Positions 38,716 to 48,216 of a stretch of DNA of 64,000 nucleotides are shown one piece after another (position 1 is the first letter of the stretch; each line of letters starts with the position of its first letter). Source of the DNA: Gemmatimonadales bacterium (GTDB taxonomy: Bacteria; Gemmatimonadota; Gemmatimonadetes; Gemmatimonadales; GWC2-71-9). The position numbers were made by a program, and so were the translations under genes. Below the pieces are notes generated by a model. That model made no database searches. It had not been told where the DNA came from and saw only the letters and a program-made list of their open reading frames with translations. The stretch lies in NCBI GenBank assembly GCA_965249575.1, contig OZ252244.1, forward strand, positions 1,888,001-1,952,000, given 5' to 3'.

Positions 38716-40100
38716 CGTATGCCGGCTATCTGGTGAAGAAGGTCGTAGCGCGTCACGATCCCCTTCAGCTCCCCATTTCGCCGAACCAATACCGCCGGTG
38801 TCTCCCGAGAAAGCAGCGCGGTCAGTCTGTCCAGTGGAAAGGCCTCGTCAATGACGGGATAGGGTGCTTCCATCAAGTCGCGAACCGCTTGCTCCAGCAG
38901 GCTGGCGTCGGCAACGGTCTGTGCCATGAGCAAACCGTCCGAAACCGAGCCCACGCAATCGCCCCCCTGCACCACAGGCAACTGTGAAACATTGTACGTG
39001 CTCATGAGGTTGAGCGCTTGCCTCACGGTGCTGGTTGGCGCGATGGTGATCAGCTCGAGATCGGCATTGGGTTTGAGCGCGAGAATCGCTGACGCCGTCA
39101 CGCGCTCGTCTTCCAGCATTTGGTTTTCCCGCATCCAGTCGTCACTGAAGAATTTCGACAAGTACCGTTCACCGGTGTCACCAAGAATCGTTACGACGTA
39201 CGCTTGGGGATCGTCCAGTTCGGCGGCAACCTGAAGGGCGACGCATACGTTGAGGCCGCTGGATCCGCCAACGAAGAGACCTTCCTCACGTGTCAGGCGG
39301 CGCGCCATGCGGAATGCGTCCGCATCTGCGACGGTTCGGAACTCGTCGATCCAATCGAAATGGAGCGTGCTCGGGATCTTGTCACCGCCAATCCCCTCGA
39401 CCTTATAGGGGTGTCCCTTCTGGATCTGTCCGGTGGCCGCGTACTGGGCGAGAATCGAGCCCACCGGATCGCCGGCGATGACCCGAACCCCGGGGTTCTT
39501 CTCTTTCAAAAACCGTCCGGCGCCGCTGAGGGTCCCTCCGGTCCCCGCCGAGGCGACGAGATGCGTGATGCGGCCCTCGGACTGCTCCCAGAGCTCGGGC
39601 CCCGTCGTGCGGTAATGCGCTTCCGGGTTCACGTCATTGTAAAACTGGTTGGCGAGAATGGCGCCCGGCACCGCCGCGACGATCGCCTTCGCCTTCATGA
39701 CATAGTTGTCCGGGTGCTCGGGTGGTACCGCGGTAGGAGTTATGACGACTTCCGCGCCGAACGCCCTGAGAAGCCGGACTTTTTCCTGGGACATCTTGTC
39801 CGGCATCGTGAAGATGCAGCGATACCCTTTGAGCGCGGCAGCGATCGCGAGGCCTATACCAGTGTTGCCCGAGGTGCCCTCGACGATCACGCCGCCGGGC
39901 TTCAGATCCCCGCGCCGCTCGGCATCCTCGATGATCGCCAGGCCGATCCGGTCCTTTATCGATCCACCTGGGTTGAAGAACTCGGCCTTGCCATAGACCG
40001 GTGTCCTGATCTGTGAGGCGAGGCGCCCAAGCCGGATGAGCGGGGTCCACCCAATGGTCGCGAGGACCGACTCATACGCTCGGGTATGCGGGTCCGTCAT
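38712..40100 (-). CDS. cbs: Cystathionine beta-synthase / cysteine synthase family with C-terminal CBS pair
   Basis: NPGGSIKDR, TSGNTG, GTGGT, YKVEGIG; two CBS domains. Confidence 0.9.
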   Translation of the reverse strand: MTDPHTRAYESVLATIGWTPLIRLGRLASQIRTPVYGKAEFFNPGGSIKDRIGLAIIEDAERRGDLKPGGVIVEGTSGNTGIGLAIAAALKGYRCIFTMPDKMSQEKVRLLRAFGAEVVITPTAVPPEHPDNYVMKAKAIVAAVPGAILANQFYNDVNPEAHYRTTGPELWEQSEGRITHLVASAGTGGTLSGAGRFLKEKNPGVRVIAGDPVGSILAQYAATGQIQKGHPYKVEGIGGDKIPSTLHFDWIDEFRTVADADAFRMARRLTREEGLFVGGSSGLNVCVALQVAAELDDPQAYVVTILGDTGERYLSKFFSDDWMRENQMLEDERVTASAILALKPNADLELITIAPTSTVRQALNLMSTYNVSQLPVVQGGDCVGSVSDGLLMAQTVADASLLEQAVRDLMEAPYPVIDEAFPLDRLTALLSRETPAVLVRRNGELKGIVTRYDLLHQIAGIR

Positions 40101-40498
40101 GGCGCTCCCTGCGTGGCCGCCTCCGGTGGCTGGAACACCACCGGCTGGAGGAAGGTCGTGGCAATCGGCGCGCCGTTCCGGCGGGCTGGTGCGAACTGCA
40201 TGTCCGGCACGTGTGCCATCGCAACGGAATCAAGAGTGGTCGACCCGCTGCCCTCAGCAACTCGGGTAGACTCGGGCACCACGACCCCCGCCGAGTCGAC
40301 GAACAGACGAAGAACCACCGTCCCGCCGACGTTTCGGCGGAACAGGGCTGGTGGGTAGCGCACCGGGGATTCCGCATTCGTGACGAGGGGGAGCTCGAAC
40401 GCGGGTGCCTCCTCCAACTCCATCTCGCCCGCGGTTTCGGAGGGGTCCCCGCACGCGATCAGGGACACGGTTGCGAGCCAAAGGAAACAACGCATCAC
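40097..40498 (-). CDS. TonB C-terminal domain lipoprotein
   Basis: Lipobox LIAC; P.YPPA...GTVVLRLFVDSAG.V...V..GSG...LD. Confidence 0.8.
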   Translation of the reverse strand: MMRCFLWLATVSLIACGDPSETAGEMELEEAPAFELPLVTNAESPVRYPPALFRRNVGGTVVLRLFVDSAGVVVPESTRVAEGSGSTTLDSVAMAHVPDMQFAPARRNGAPIATTFLQPVVFQPPEAATQGAP

Positions 40499-43110
40499 TT
40501 TTCCCGCTCCAGTTTTCGCTTTAGCGATTCGAGGCGGGTCAGGGCCTCGATGGGGGTCATAGTATCAGGCTCGAGCGCTATGAGCTCTCGAAGAATCGGA
40601 TGATCTGCATCGAACAGCGGCAGCTGCCTCGCGACGACCGGCTGTGCTGCCGGTACCCCGGCGACATTGCGTTCGGCTTCGAGGCCGGCCAGGATCTCCC
40701 ACGCTCGCCTGACGATGTCGGGCGGCAGTCCGGCCAGCTGCGCCACGTGGATGCCGTACGAACGATCGGCGCCGCCCGGCTCCAGCCGATGCAGGAACAC
40801 CACGCGCTCATCTGTTTCGCGGACCGCAACATTGAAATTGCGCGCGTGCTGGAGGTTCTCGGTGAGCTGTGTCAACTCGTGATAGTGGGTAGCGAAGACC
40901 GTCTTGCATCCGATGCGGTCATGCAGATGCTCCGTCACCGACCACGCGATGGCGATGCCATCATAGGTTGATGTGCCCCGCCCGATCTCGTCGAGCAGTA
41001 CGAGGCTGCGCGCGGTGGCGCCGTGGAGGATCGCGCTCGTCTCGCTCATTTCGACCATGAACGTCGACTGACCGGCTCCGAGATTGTCGCTCGCCCCTAC
41101 TCGCGTGAATACCCGGTCAGCAATCCCGATCTCCGCGGCCGCTGCCGGCACGAAGGATCCCATCTGAGCGAGTATCGACGCTAGGCCGATCTGCCGAAGG
41201 ATCGTCGACTTGCCCGCCATGTTCGGGCCGGTCAGCAGTATGACCCGCCGGGATTCATCGAGAAGAATGTCGTTCGGAATGAACTTCCCTCGCTGAAGCA
41301 CGTGTTCGACAACCGGATGGCGACATTGCTTGAGGCTGAGCGCGTACGACTCGGAAACCACGGGGCGGACGTACTGTTCCCGTACCGCCGTCTCGGCGAG
41401 CGCGCCGTACACATCCAGCGCAGCAGCCATACGCGCGGTGGATTGGAGTCTTGGGAGGCACCCTCGCGTTGCGCGGCAGAGGCGTTCGCAAAGCTCGCGC
41501 TCCCTCGCCTCGATCTGCTCTTGGGCACCGAGCACCCGAGCTTCGTGCGCTTTCAATTCCGGTGTGGCGTACCGCTCCGCATTGGTCAGGGTTTGGCGTC
41601 GCTCGTAATGGGAGGGAACGCTCGCGCGCTGGCTCTTGCCCACCTCGATGTAGTAGCCGAATACCCTGTTGTACCCGACCTTGAGTGTGCCGATGCCAGT
41701 GCGATCGCGTTCGGCGGCCTGGAGCTCCGCAATGAAGCGCTTCCCGCCGTCCCGATGCTCTCGTGCCTCATCAAGCGCCTGATCGGCGCCGGGCTTGATG
41801 ACGTCCCCGTCTCCAATGGCCGCCGGGGGGGTATCGACCAGAGTGCTCGACAGGTCGCCGCTCAACTCCGCCACCAGATCGAAGTCGGCCGTGATGCGGT
41901 CGAGCTCTGCGCTTGAGTCCCGGCCGTCCAGACCGTCGAGAGCGCTTCGCACGTCGGGCAAGAGCTCCAGGGATGTGCGGAGCGCACCGAAGTCGCGTGG
42001 CCCGGCACGCCCGGCTGCCGCACGACTGGCGAGACGCTCGATGTCCCGCACCCCGTCGAGCGCATCGCGGAGCCGCTCACGACCCCGCGTGTCGGCTGTC
42101 AGAACCCCCACCGCGTCGTGGCGCGCGCGAATTGCGCTCACGTCGGTGAGCGGGGCGAGCAGCCACTGCCGAAGGAGGCGGGCTCCCATTGGCGTGACAG
42201 TGCGATCGAGCACTGTGAGCAATGTTGGGCCGTCGTCCGCCGGCCGGAGCGCCTCGACTAGCTCGAGGTTGCGACGGGTCATGTCGTCGAGGGGGACGAC
42301 CGCGCCGCTCCGGCGAACGATGGGGCGTGCCAACTGGGGCAGCCCGCCGGGCTGCAGTTCTCCCACGTAGCGGAGGAGGGCGTTGAGCGCCGATAGGGCC
42401 ACCCGATCTTCCGCCTGGATACCCAGGCCGTCGAGGCTTGAGATCTCGTAGCGTCGAGCGAGGTCTCCCTCCGCGGCGTCGGCGTCAAACTCCCACCGCT
42501 CCCGGGGCGTGATCATGATGCCGCCCCGAACGCCCGACACGGACTCCCCGTCCGGCACGACGATTTCTCGCGGGTCGAGGCGATCGAGGGCGGGAGCCAT
42601 GTCGGCGGCTGCCGCGGTCTCGAGAATCAGCTCGCCGGTCGACACGTCGAGTGCCGCGATGCCACAGGGGTCCCCCGGAGCCACCGCGACCAGGAAGTTG
42701 TTGCGGGCGTTTTCTAAGAGGTTCGCCGAGAGGGTGGCCCCCGGCGTGATCGTCTCGACCACCTCGCGCCGGACGGGGCCCTTTGCGAGCTTGGGATCCT
42801 CTACCTGCTCGCAGATCGACACCCGATGTCCGTTGGCGACGAGCTTTCGCAGATACTCCGCGGCCGCCTTTACCGGCACTCCGGCCAGGGGCACGTCCGC
42901 TGCCCCACCGCTATTCCGCGAGGTCAACGCGATCCCGAGTTCCCTGGCGGCCAACTCGGCGTCGTCGTAGAACATCTCGTAGAAATCGCCCATCCTGAAG
43001 AACAGGATCGCGTCGGTGTGGCGGGACTTGATGTCCCGGTACTGCTGCATGAGTGGCGTGCCGGCCTGGGGGGACGTGGATGGAGGGGCGGAGCCGCCGC
43101 GCCGCGTCAC
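40495..43110 (-). CDS. mutS: DNA mismatch repair protein MutS
   Basis: TPLMQQY, FFRMGDFYEMF, TGPNMAGKST, LDEIGRGTST, SYGIHVA. Confidence 0.98.
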   Translation of the reverse strand: MTRRGGSAPPSTSPQAGTPLMQQYRDIKSRHTDAILFFRMGDFYEMFYDDAELAARELGIALTSRNSGGAADVPLAGVPVKAAAEYLRKLVANGHRVSICEQVEDPKLAKGPVRREVVETITPGATLSANLLENARNNFLVAVAPGDPCGIAALDVSTGELILETAAAADMAPALDRLDPREIVVPDGESVSGVRGGIMITPRERWEFDADAAEGDLARRYEISSLDGLGIQAEDRVALSALNALLRYVGELQPGGLPQLARPIVRRSGAVVPLDDMTRRNLELVEALRPADDGPTLLTVLDRTVTPMGARLLRQWLLAPLTDVSAIRARHDAVGVLTADTRGRERLRDALDGVRDIERLASRAAAGRAGPRDFGALRTSLELLPDVRSALDGLDGRDSSAELDRITADFDLVAELSGDLSSTLVDTPPAAIGDGDVIKPGADQALDEAREHRDGGKRFIAELQAAERDRTGIGTLKVGYNRVFGYYIEVGKSQRASVPSHYERRQTLTNAERYATPELKAHEARVLGAQEQIEARERELCERLCRATRGCLPRLQSTARMAAALDVYGALAETAVREQYVRPVVSESYALSLKQCRHPVVEHVLQRGKFIPNDILLDESRRVILLTGPNMAGKSTILRQIGLASILAQMGSFVPAAAAEIGIADRVFTRVGASDNLGAGQSTFMVEMSETSAILHGATARSLVLLDEIGRGTSTYDGIAIAWSVTEHLHDRIGCKTVFATHYHELTQLTENLQHARNFNVAVRETDERVVFLHRLEPGGADRSYGIHVAQLAGLPPDIVRRAWEILAGLEAERNVAGVPAAQPVVARQLPLFDADHPILRELIALEPDTMTPIEALTRLESLKRKLEREK

Positions 43111-43931
43111 GGCTCCTCCACAACGAACGGCTCGCCTTCAAACTTCCGCTTCAGCTCGACCGCGAGCCGACTTGCCGCGGCGCGGGTATCCAGCCGGCCT
43201 ACCCGGACTTTCAGAAATCCATCGGCATCGCGGATCACGTGGGGCTCATAACCGCTGCTGCGAAGGGCGCGCATCGCTTCATCCGCTGACGCGGCGCTTC
43301 GGACTGCGGCAATCTGAACGCTATAGACTCGCGTTGTGGGGGGTGCCCTGGGCCGTGCGGGCTCCGGAGCGGCGGAGTCGCCCGCCGTCGCGAGGGCACG
43401 CTCACAGCGCTGTAGATAAAACCTCGCCCGATTGGCTACTTCGACTTCGGCACCCGCCGAATCGGACGCGAGAGACAATAGATCGCATCCATCTGCGGTC
43501 TCACCTAGCTCGAGGTGTGCCCGGCCGGCCCAGAACGCCGACGCGGATCGCACGGTGCTGAATGGGTAGTCCATCAGAACACGTTGGGACATGCGAATCG
43601 TAGTTGCGAAATCGCCCGACGCGTAAGCGAGTTGCGCGATCCGCAGCAGCGCACGGTCGGCCCAATCTGACTGCGAGTAGTCGAAGGCCACGATCCGAAG
43701 GTATGCCAGCGCACTGTCTACGTCCTCAGCCACCAAGCCAGCGGTATACAGAATCTCGGGGTAGGTCGAGTCGCTCGGCGCTACGGCGGCGAGCCGGGCC
43801 CGGACGAGGGCACGTGCTGAATCACCCTGTCCCTCCGTCACTAGGCGTCCGGCGTCGATCAGCGCAGAGTCTTGCTGCGCCGCCGCCGGCGATATCGCCA
43901 GGAACACGAGTGGAACCAGCGGACGAATCAT
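43107..43931 (-). CDS. SPOR domain protein with TPR-like repeats
   Basis: Signal peptide, TPR-like helices, C-terminal YSVQIAA...KVRVG. Confidence 0.85.
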   Translation of the reverse strand: MIRPLVPLVFLAISPAAAQQDSALIDAGRLVTEGQGDSARALVRARLAAVAPSDSTYPEILYTAGLVAEDVDSALAYLRIVAFDYSQSDWADRALLRIAQLAYASGDFATTIRMSQRVLMDYPFSTVRSASAFWAGRAHLELGETADGCDLLSLASDSAGAEVEVANRARFYLQRCERALATAGDSAAPEPARPRAPPTTRVYSVQIAAVRSAASADEAMRALRSSGYEPHVIRDADGFLKVRVGRLDTRAAASRLAVELKRKFEGEPFVVEEP

Positions 43932-44977
43932 GCGGCCACCTGCTCCGAGCCGAGCTGCAGCACGAGCGTGGCGAGCGTGCCCGATTCGTCGGTGAGTGTC
44001 GTCGATTTGAGCGACAGATCCGTCTCATAGGCAGCGCGAAGAGCGTGGTCCAGCTCTAATGCGGTCCACCGCCGCGCTGCAAGGCTCCACAAGCGGGACA
44101 GGTCCTTCCAGTCACCGGCCCGGGGTGGACGAACCGATCTCAACTGATTGTATACGGCGTTTTCGGCCTGACTCGGCGCCTTGCCGTCATCCAGCGCGGC
44201 CCGGGCGATGCGAACGCCGACCAGGGCAGTGCCCAGCGCCATTAACATGCGAACGGCATTCATCCCGGCGCGAGGCAGGACGACGTCGATGAGACTGACC
44301 GCGCGGCGGGGTTCGCGCATGAGAACCGCCTCCACCCAGTCGCTCAATGTTTCGCCTTGCCGCACACCGACAATCTGACTCACGTCGTCGGTGTCGAGGG
44401 GGCGGTCTGTCGGCGCGGCAGCCGCGAGCTTTTCGATCTCCATGGCGAGCGCGGCCAGATCGGGTCCCGCCGCCTCCACTAGGTGCGCAGCGGCTTCCCG
44501 TGTCATGTTCAAACCACACTTCTCGGCCCGCCCAAGGACCCAGGGTTGTATTTCGCCGGGCTCGAGCGCCGTTACGTTCACGTGCACGGACAGCTCCGCC
44601 GCCTGCCGGTCGGCCTTTCCAGTCCCATGGGTGAGTACTAGCACCGTGGTCGCCGATGGGTTCTGCAAGTAGGCGCGGAGCGCCTTCCACACCTTTGCGT
44701 TACTCCGCCACTGTTCGAGGTTCTTCACAATGACCAGACGTCGGTCTGCGAGCATGGGCGGGGTCTCGACGAGGGCGTTGAAGCTTTCGCCGTCGAGGTC
44801 GCCGGCCGCCCGGATATCGACGTTGAAGTCCCGGCTGCCCTCGTCGACGGCCGCCTGCGAAATCGCGCTCGCCAACTCCTCCTTCAAGATTTCCTGATCA
44901 CCCGTGAGATAGTACACGGGCTTCAGGTTCCCTGTCTCGATGGATCGATAAACGGATTTGGGTCTGACGGCCGCCAT
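43928..44977 (-). CDS. holA: DNA polymerase III delta subunit
   Basis: PVYYLTGD, DFN, TPPMLADRRLV, EIEKL, DLSLKS. Confidence 0.9.
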   Translation of the reverse strand: MAAVRPKSVYRSIETGNLKPVYYLTGDQEILKEELASAISQAAVDEGSRDFNVDIRAAGDLDGESFNALVETPPMLADRRLVIVKNLEQWRSNAKVWKALRAYLQNPSATTVLVLTHGTGKADRQAAELSVHVNVTALEPGEIQPWVLGRAEKCGLNMTREAAAHLVEAAGPDLAALAMEIEKLAAAAPTDRPLDTDDVSQIVGVRQGETLSDWVEAVLMREPRRAVSLIDVVLPRAGMNAVRMLMALGTALVGVRIARAALDDGKAPSQAENAVYNQLRSVRPPRAGDWKDLSRLWSLAARRWTALELDHALRAAYETDLSLKSTTLTDESGTLATLVLQLGSEQVAA

Positions 44978-45005
44978 GAATAGGCGGAAGTTACCGCGGC
45001 CAGCC

Positions 45006-45515
45006 TTAGCGCGGGAGGCTTACTGGCGTACCGAAGGACACCTGCGGCCGGGAGCTGCGGAGGGCGGGATCCGGAAAAGCCGGGATCTCCAGGTTGGTGA
45101 AGGTTATGAACGGGAGGCCCGGGTTAGCGACAACCATCGGAGCGGGCTTGGATTTTTCCGTGATCTGGGGCGTGGGAATCGGCTCTTCCCGAGTACTGTG
45201 ATAGAAGAGCAGGGCAATGGTCGCCGCCAACATGAGCGCCGCCGCGACACCCGGGCGCGCGGCGCTGACCGGTTCGTCGACGTCGACGCCGCTCCCACCT
45301 GCGAGCCTCGCTCGCAGCGCCCGTCGGAATCGAAGCGACGGAGTGATCTCGCGACCGCAACTGAGCGCCATGACCCCGCGCCTCACGGCCACGTCATAAC
45401 GGCTGCACGAGTCGCAGACCGCCAGGTGCTTGCAGCATCGCTGGAGCAGTCCCGCGTCGGTGAGAAACCCGTCGCGGTAATCCGAATATGACTCTAGGAA
45501 TTCCGAGCAGCGCAT
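45006..45515 (-). CDS. Zinc-finger (HxxxCxxC) anti-sigma factor with TM helix
   Basis: MRC...SDYRDG...HLAVCDSC; single TM; downstream of ECF sigma. Confidence 0.8.
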   Translation of the reverse strand: MRCSEFLESYSDYRDGFLTDAGLLQRCCKHLAVCDSCSRYDVAVRRGVMALSCGREITPSLRFRRALRARLAGGSGVDVDEPVSAARPGVAAALMLAATIALLFYHSTREEPIPTPQITEKSKPAPMVVANPGLPFITFTNLEIPAFPDPALRSSRPQVSFGTPVSLPR

Positions 45516-45593
45516 CGATCGCCAGGGGTGAAAACAGGTAGGTACTACCACCCGTTCCAGTGAAGGTTCCGTGCGGCGTTCTTGCCCGAGGGC

Positions 45594-45615
45594 AATTGTG
45601 ATCTACGTCACTTTT
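45594..45615. promoter_or_regulatory. CRP/FNR-family binding site
   Basis: AATTGTGATCTACGTCACTTTT, 18/22 match to E. coli CRP consensus AAATGTGATCTAGATCACATTT. Confidence 0.6.
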
Positions 45616-45654
45616 GGGGTGAGGTGGTGGGCCCGAGGTCGCGGGCCCGGAGGG

Positions 45655-46299
45655 TCAGTCTAGTAGGGGTGCAATGAGCTGCGCGAACCGATTCCTGGCC
45701 CGGTTGAGCCGGCTCTTGACCGTCCCCAAGTTGCAGTCGGTGATCTCGGCGATCTCCTCGTAGGTCTTACCCTCGAGCTCCCGCAACACGAAAACGACCC
45801 TGTGATGTTCGGGGAGCTGGGCCACCGTCCAGTCAACCAACTCGCGAAGGTGACGCTTGCGGTAGAGATCGTCCGGGCGATGGTGCCGGTCTTCGAATTG
45901 GAGCGGCCGGTGATCGGCGTCCCAATTCTTCTTGATCGTCTGGAACAGGACCAGCGGATTGCGACTCCGGTTTCTCAGCTCGTTCTTCGAAAGGTTCGAG
46001 GCGATCGTATAGATCCACGTAGAGAATTTCTTGCTCTGATCGAATCGGTGAAGGTGCCGGTGCACGCGGATGAAAACCTCCTGCACGAGATCTTCGGCCC
46101 GTTCACGGTCCCCGATCGTCCGATAGACGAAATTGAGTAGGCGTTTCTGGTAGCGCTCGACGAGTTCCTCGAACGCCTGGACCTCTCCGGCGAAATGCGC
46201 GGAGACGATTCCAGAATCATCCAACGCCTTGAGGGATCGCCGCTGCGCCTGGCGCGCGGTGGCCACCGTATTTTGTGGGCTGCTTGATGCCGCGTTCAT
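45655..46299 (-). CDS. ECF sigma-70 factor (RpoE/SigW-like)
   Basis: AEDLVQEVF, FSTWIYTIASN, YEEIAEI..CNLGTVKSRLNRAR. Confidence 0.93.
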   Translation of the reverse strand: MNAASSSPQNTVATARQAQRRSLKALDDSGIVSAHFAGEVQAFEELVERYQKRLLNFVYRTIGDRERAEDLVQEVFIRVHRHLHRFDQSKKFSTWIYTIASNLSKNELRNRSRNPLVLFQTIKKNWDADHRPLQFEDRHHRPDDLYRKRHLRELVDWTVAQLPEHHRVVFVLRELEGKTYEEIAEITDCNLGTVKSRLNRARNRFAQLIAPLLD

Positions 46300-46374
46300 C
46301 CGAACTCCTAACCGGGTGGCGTCTTGGCGGAGGGACTGCCGATTCCCCCAACCCTTGCCTCCCGGATCTAATCG

Positions 46375-46390
46375 TGCAGGGATCGTACCC
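46375..46390 (-). promoter_or_regulatory. Putative sigma54 promoter for the ECF sigma gene
   Basis: Minus strand GGGTACGATCCCTGCA has GG-N10-GC spacing. Confidence 0.4.
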
Positions 46391-46510
46391 GGCGCTTCGC
46401 TGTTCCGTTCACCATCTGTAAGTCATTTTACTGCAATCGCTTATCGTGTCACACCCTGGACCGGAGCCGACTGACTGTCCCCTTCCCGTGTCCTGCCTCG
46501 GTGACAGCCC

Positions 46511-47068
46511 CTAGAGGCTTAATCGGAAGCCTGCTGTGTAGAGCAGCGCCACGATGCTCTTTCCATCTACGATCTCGCCGTCCCGGATCATCTCCAATGC
46601 CGTTGAGACCTGTCGGGGCCTCACCTCTATAAACTCGTCTTTCTCGCTATTGGGTTCCCCAATCGTCAATCCGGTGGCCAAAAAAATGTGAATCCGTTCA
46701 TCCGAGAACCCCGGCGTCGGGTAGATGGTTGTGAGATGCTCCATCCCTGACGCCCTAGCGCCGGTCTCTTCGAGCAGCTCCCGATGGGCGCATTCCAGCG
46801 GCTCTTCGCCAGGCTCGAGGACGCCGGCGGGAACCTCCCACAGCTCCCCGTTCGCGGCGTACCGGTATTGCCGCAGGAGAAGGACCTGCGGTTCCGGGCT
46901 GTCCTGCTCGGTCAGCAACGGCACAACGGCTGCCGCGCCGGCGTGCCGCACAATCTCGAGTTCGAGGGTTCGTCCGTCCGGGGCCCGGATCGTGTCCACT
47001 TCGACGTTCAAGACCCGACCGGCATATACTCGCCGCGTCGAAAGCCTCACATCCGGCCCACCGTCCAT
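46511..47068 (-). CDS. NUDIX hydrolase (ADP-ribose pyrophosphatase-like)
   Basis: RQYRY, EVPAG.LEPGE.....A.RELLEETG Nudix box, TPGFSDE; ATG 47068. Confidence 0.92.
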   Translation of the reverse strand: MDGGPDVRLSTRRVYAGRVLNVEVDTIRAPDGRTLELEIVRHAGAAAVVPLLTEQDSPEPQVLLLRQYRYAANGELWEVPAGVLEPGEEPLECAHRELLEETGARASGMEHLTTIYPTPGFSDERIHIFLATGLTIGEPNSEKDEFIEVRPRQVSTALEMIRDGEIVDGKSIVALLYTAGFRLSL

Positions 47069-47142
47069 ACCACCCCTCTTGTTTTGAATGACGTTTGGGT
47101 ACCCCAAAACGTTGCGGATCGTCCCGGTCCTGTCCCCGCTCG

Positions 47143-48216
47143 TTACAGTGCCTTCGACACCGCGTAGGCGGCATTCCGGCCTGACCGGACAGCGCCCGGT
47201 AGACCCGCCCGGTGGTACGCCGAGCCCGCGACCTCGACTGGGCCGTTGCGCCGAAGCTCCTCCGTGATTGCTCCGAGCACCTGTTCGTGATCGGTCCCGT
47301 ATTGGGATAGGGCATCGGGCCACCGTGAGACCCAAGCCCGTGTGGTCGGTCCCGTCAGGCCGATCACCGGAGAGAGCGCTTCGACGGCGCGGGCCACCCA
47401 CACGCCGTCAGGTCGATACATCCAGTCCGGGCTCGGCCTGAAAAACGCCCTGAGGAGCACGGACTCCTCACCAGCGCGTCCCGAAAACTTGGATGAGCTA
47501 TACGCACATGCTCGCAACTCGGAGTCAATGCCGGGGGCGGCCACGAATCCGCTGCCCATGAGTGCATCGGCGACCGCGTCGCGTGGGCAGCCCAAGGATA
47601 CCGACACGTTCGACTGGAAACGCATGGCTTCAGCCACGGCGGCCACTTTCGACGCCCAGGGCCGCACGAGTGGGGCCATCACGTGTGGCGGGATCGCCAA
47701 GACGACAGCGTCAAACCTGCGGGTCGTTCCATCGGCGAATTGGACGGTGATGCCGGCCGCCTCGGGCGAGATGCCAACGGCACGCGTGTTTAGGTGAACC
47801 GGCCCCTGCAGCTGGGAGGCGAGCGCGTCGGTCAGCTGACCCATGCCCCGCCTGAGAGACGTGAGCCCGCGTCCCAAGTCCGACCGGGTTATCTGGATTC
47901 CCAGCAGCGAAGCCGCTTCACCGGCTGCGAGGGGCTCGAGCGCGCCGTCGCGAAGCGCGAACGATTCACGATGGCGCTGTTCGATCAGTTCATTTGCCAG
48001 GCCGAGCCTTTGGCAGAGGCCGACGACGTCCTCGTCCCCGGCGACAAATCCCTCCGCGCCGTCGTCCACCACAAATCCATCGGCTCGCCGGGTCCACACC
48101 TGCCCCCCAACTCGAGGGCTCGCCTCAAACACCGTCGCGGTTATTCCAGTGGTCGTGAGATCGAACGCCGCCGTGAGACCGGCGACGCCCCCACCGACCA
48201 CGGCGACGCGGCTCAC
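47143..48216 (-). CDS. hemY: HemY-family copro/protoporphyrinogen oxidase, internally shortened (357 aa)
   Basis: VVGGGVAGL, EASPRVGG, DDGAEGF, GMGQL..AL, GSGF, SSKFSGR, RW..AL.QY; heme cluster context. Confidence 0.75.
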   Translation of the reverse strand: MSRVAVVGGGVAGLTAAFDLTTTGITATVFEASPRVGGQVWTRRADGFVVDDGAEGFVAGDEDVVGLCQRLGLANELIEQRHRESFALRDGALEPLAAGEAASLLGIQITRSDLGRGLTSLRRGMGQLTDALASQLQGPVHLNTRAVGISPEAAGITVQFADGTTRRFDAVVLAIPPHVMAPLVRPWASKVAAVAEAMRFQSNVSVSLGCPRDAVADALMGSGFVAAPGIDSELRACAYSSSKFSGRAGEESVLLRAFFRPSPDWMYRPDGVWVARAVEALSPVIGLTGPTTRAWVSRWPDALSQYGTDHEQVLGAITEELRRNGPVEVAGSAYHRAGLPGAVRSGRNAAYAVSKAL

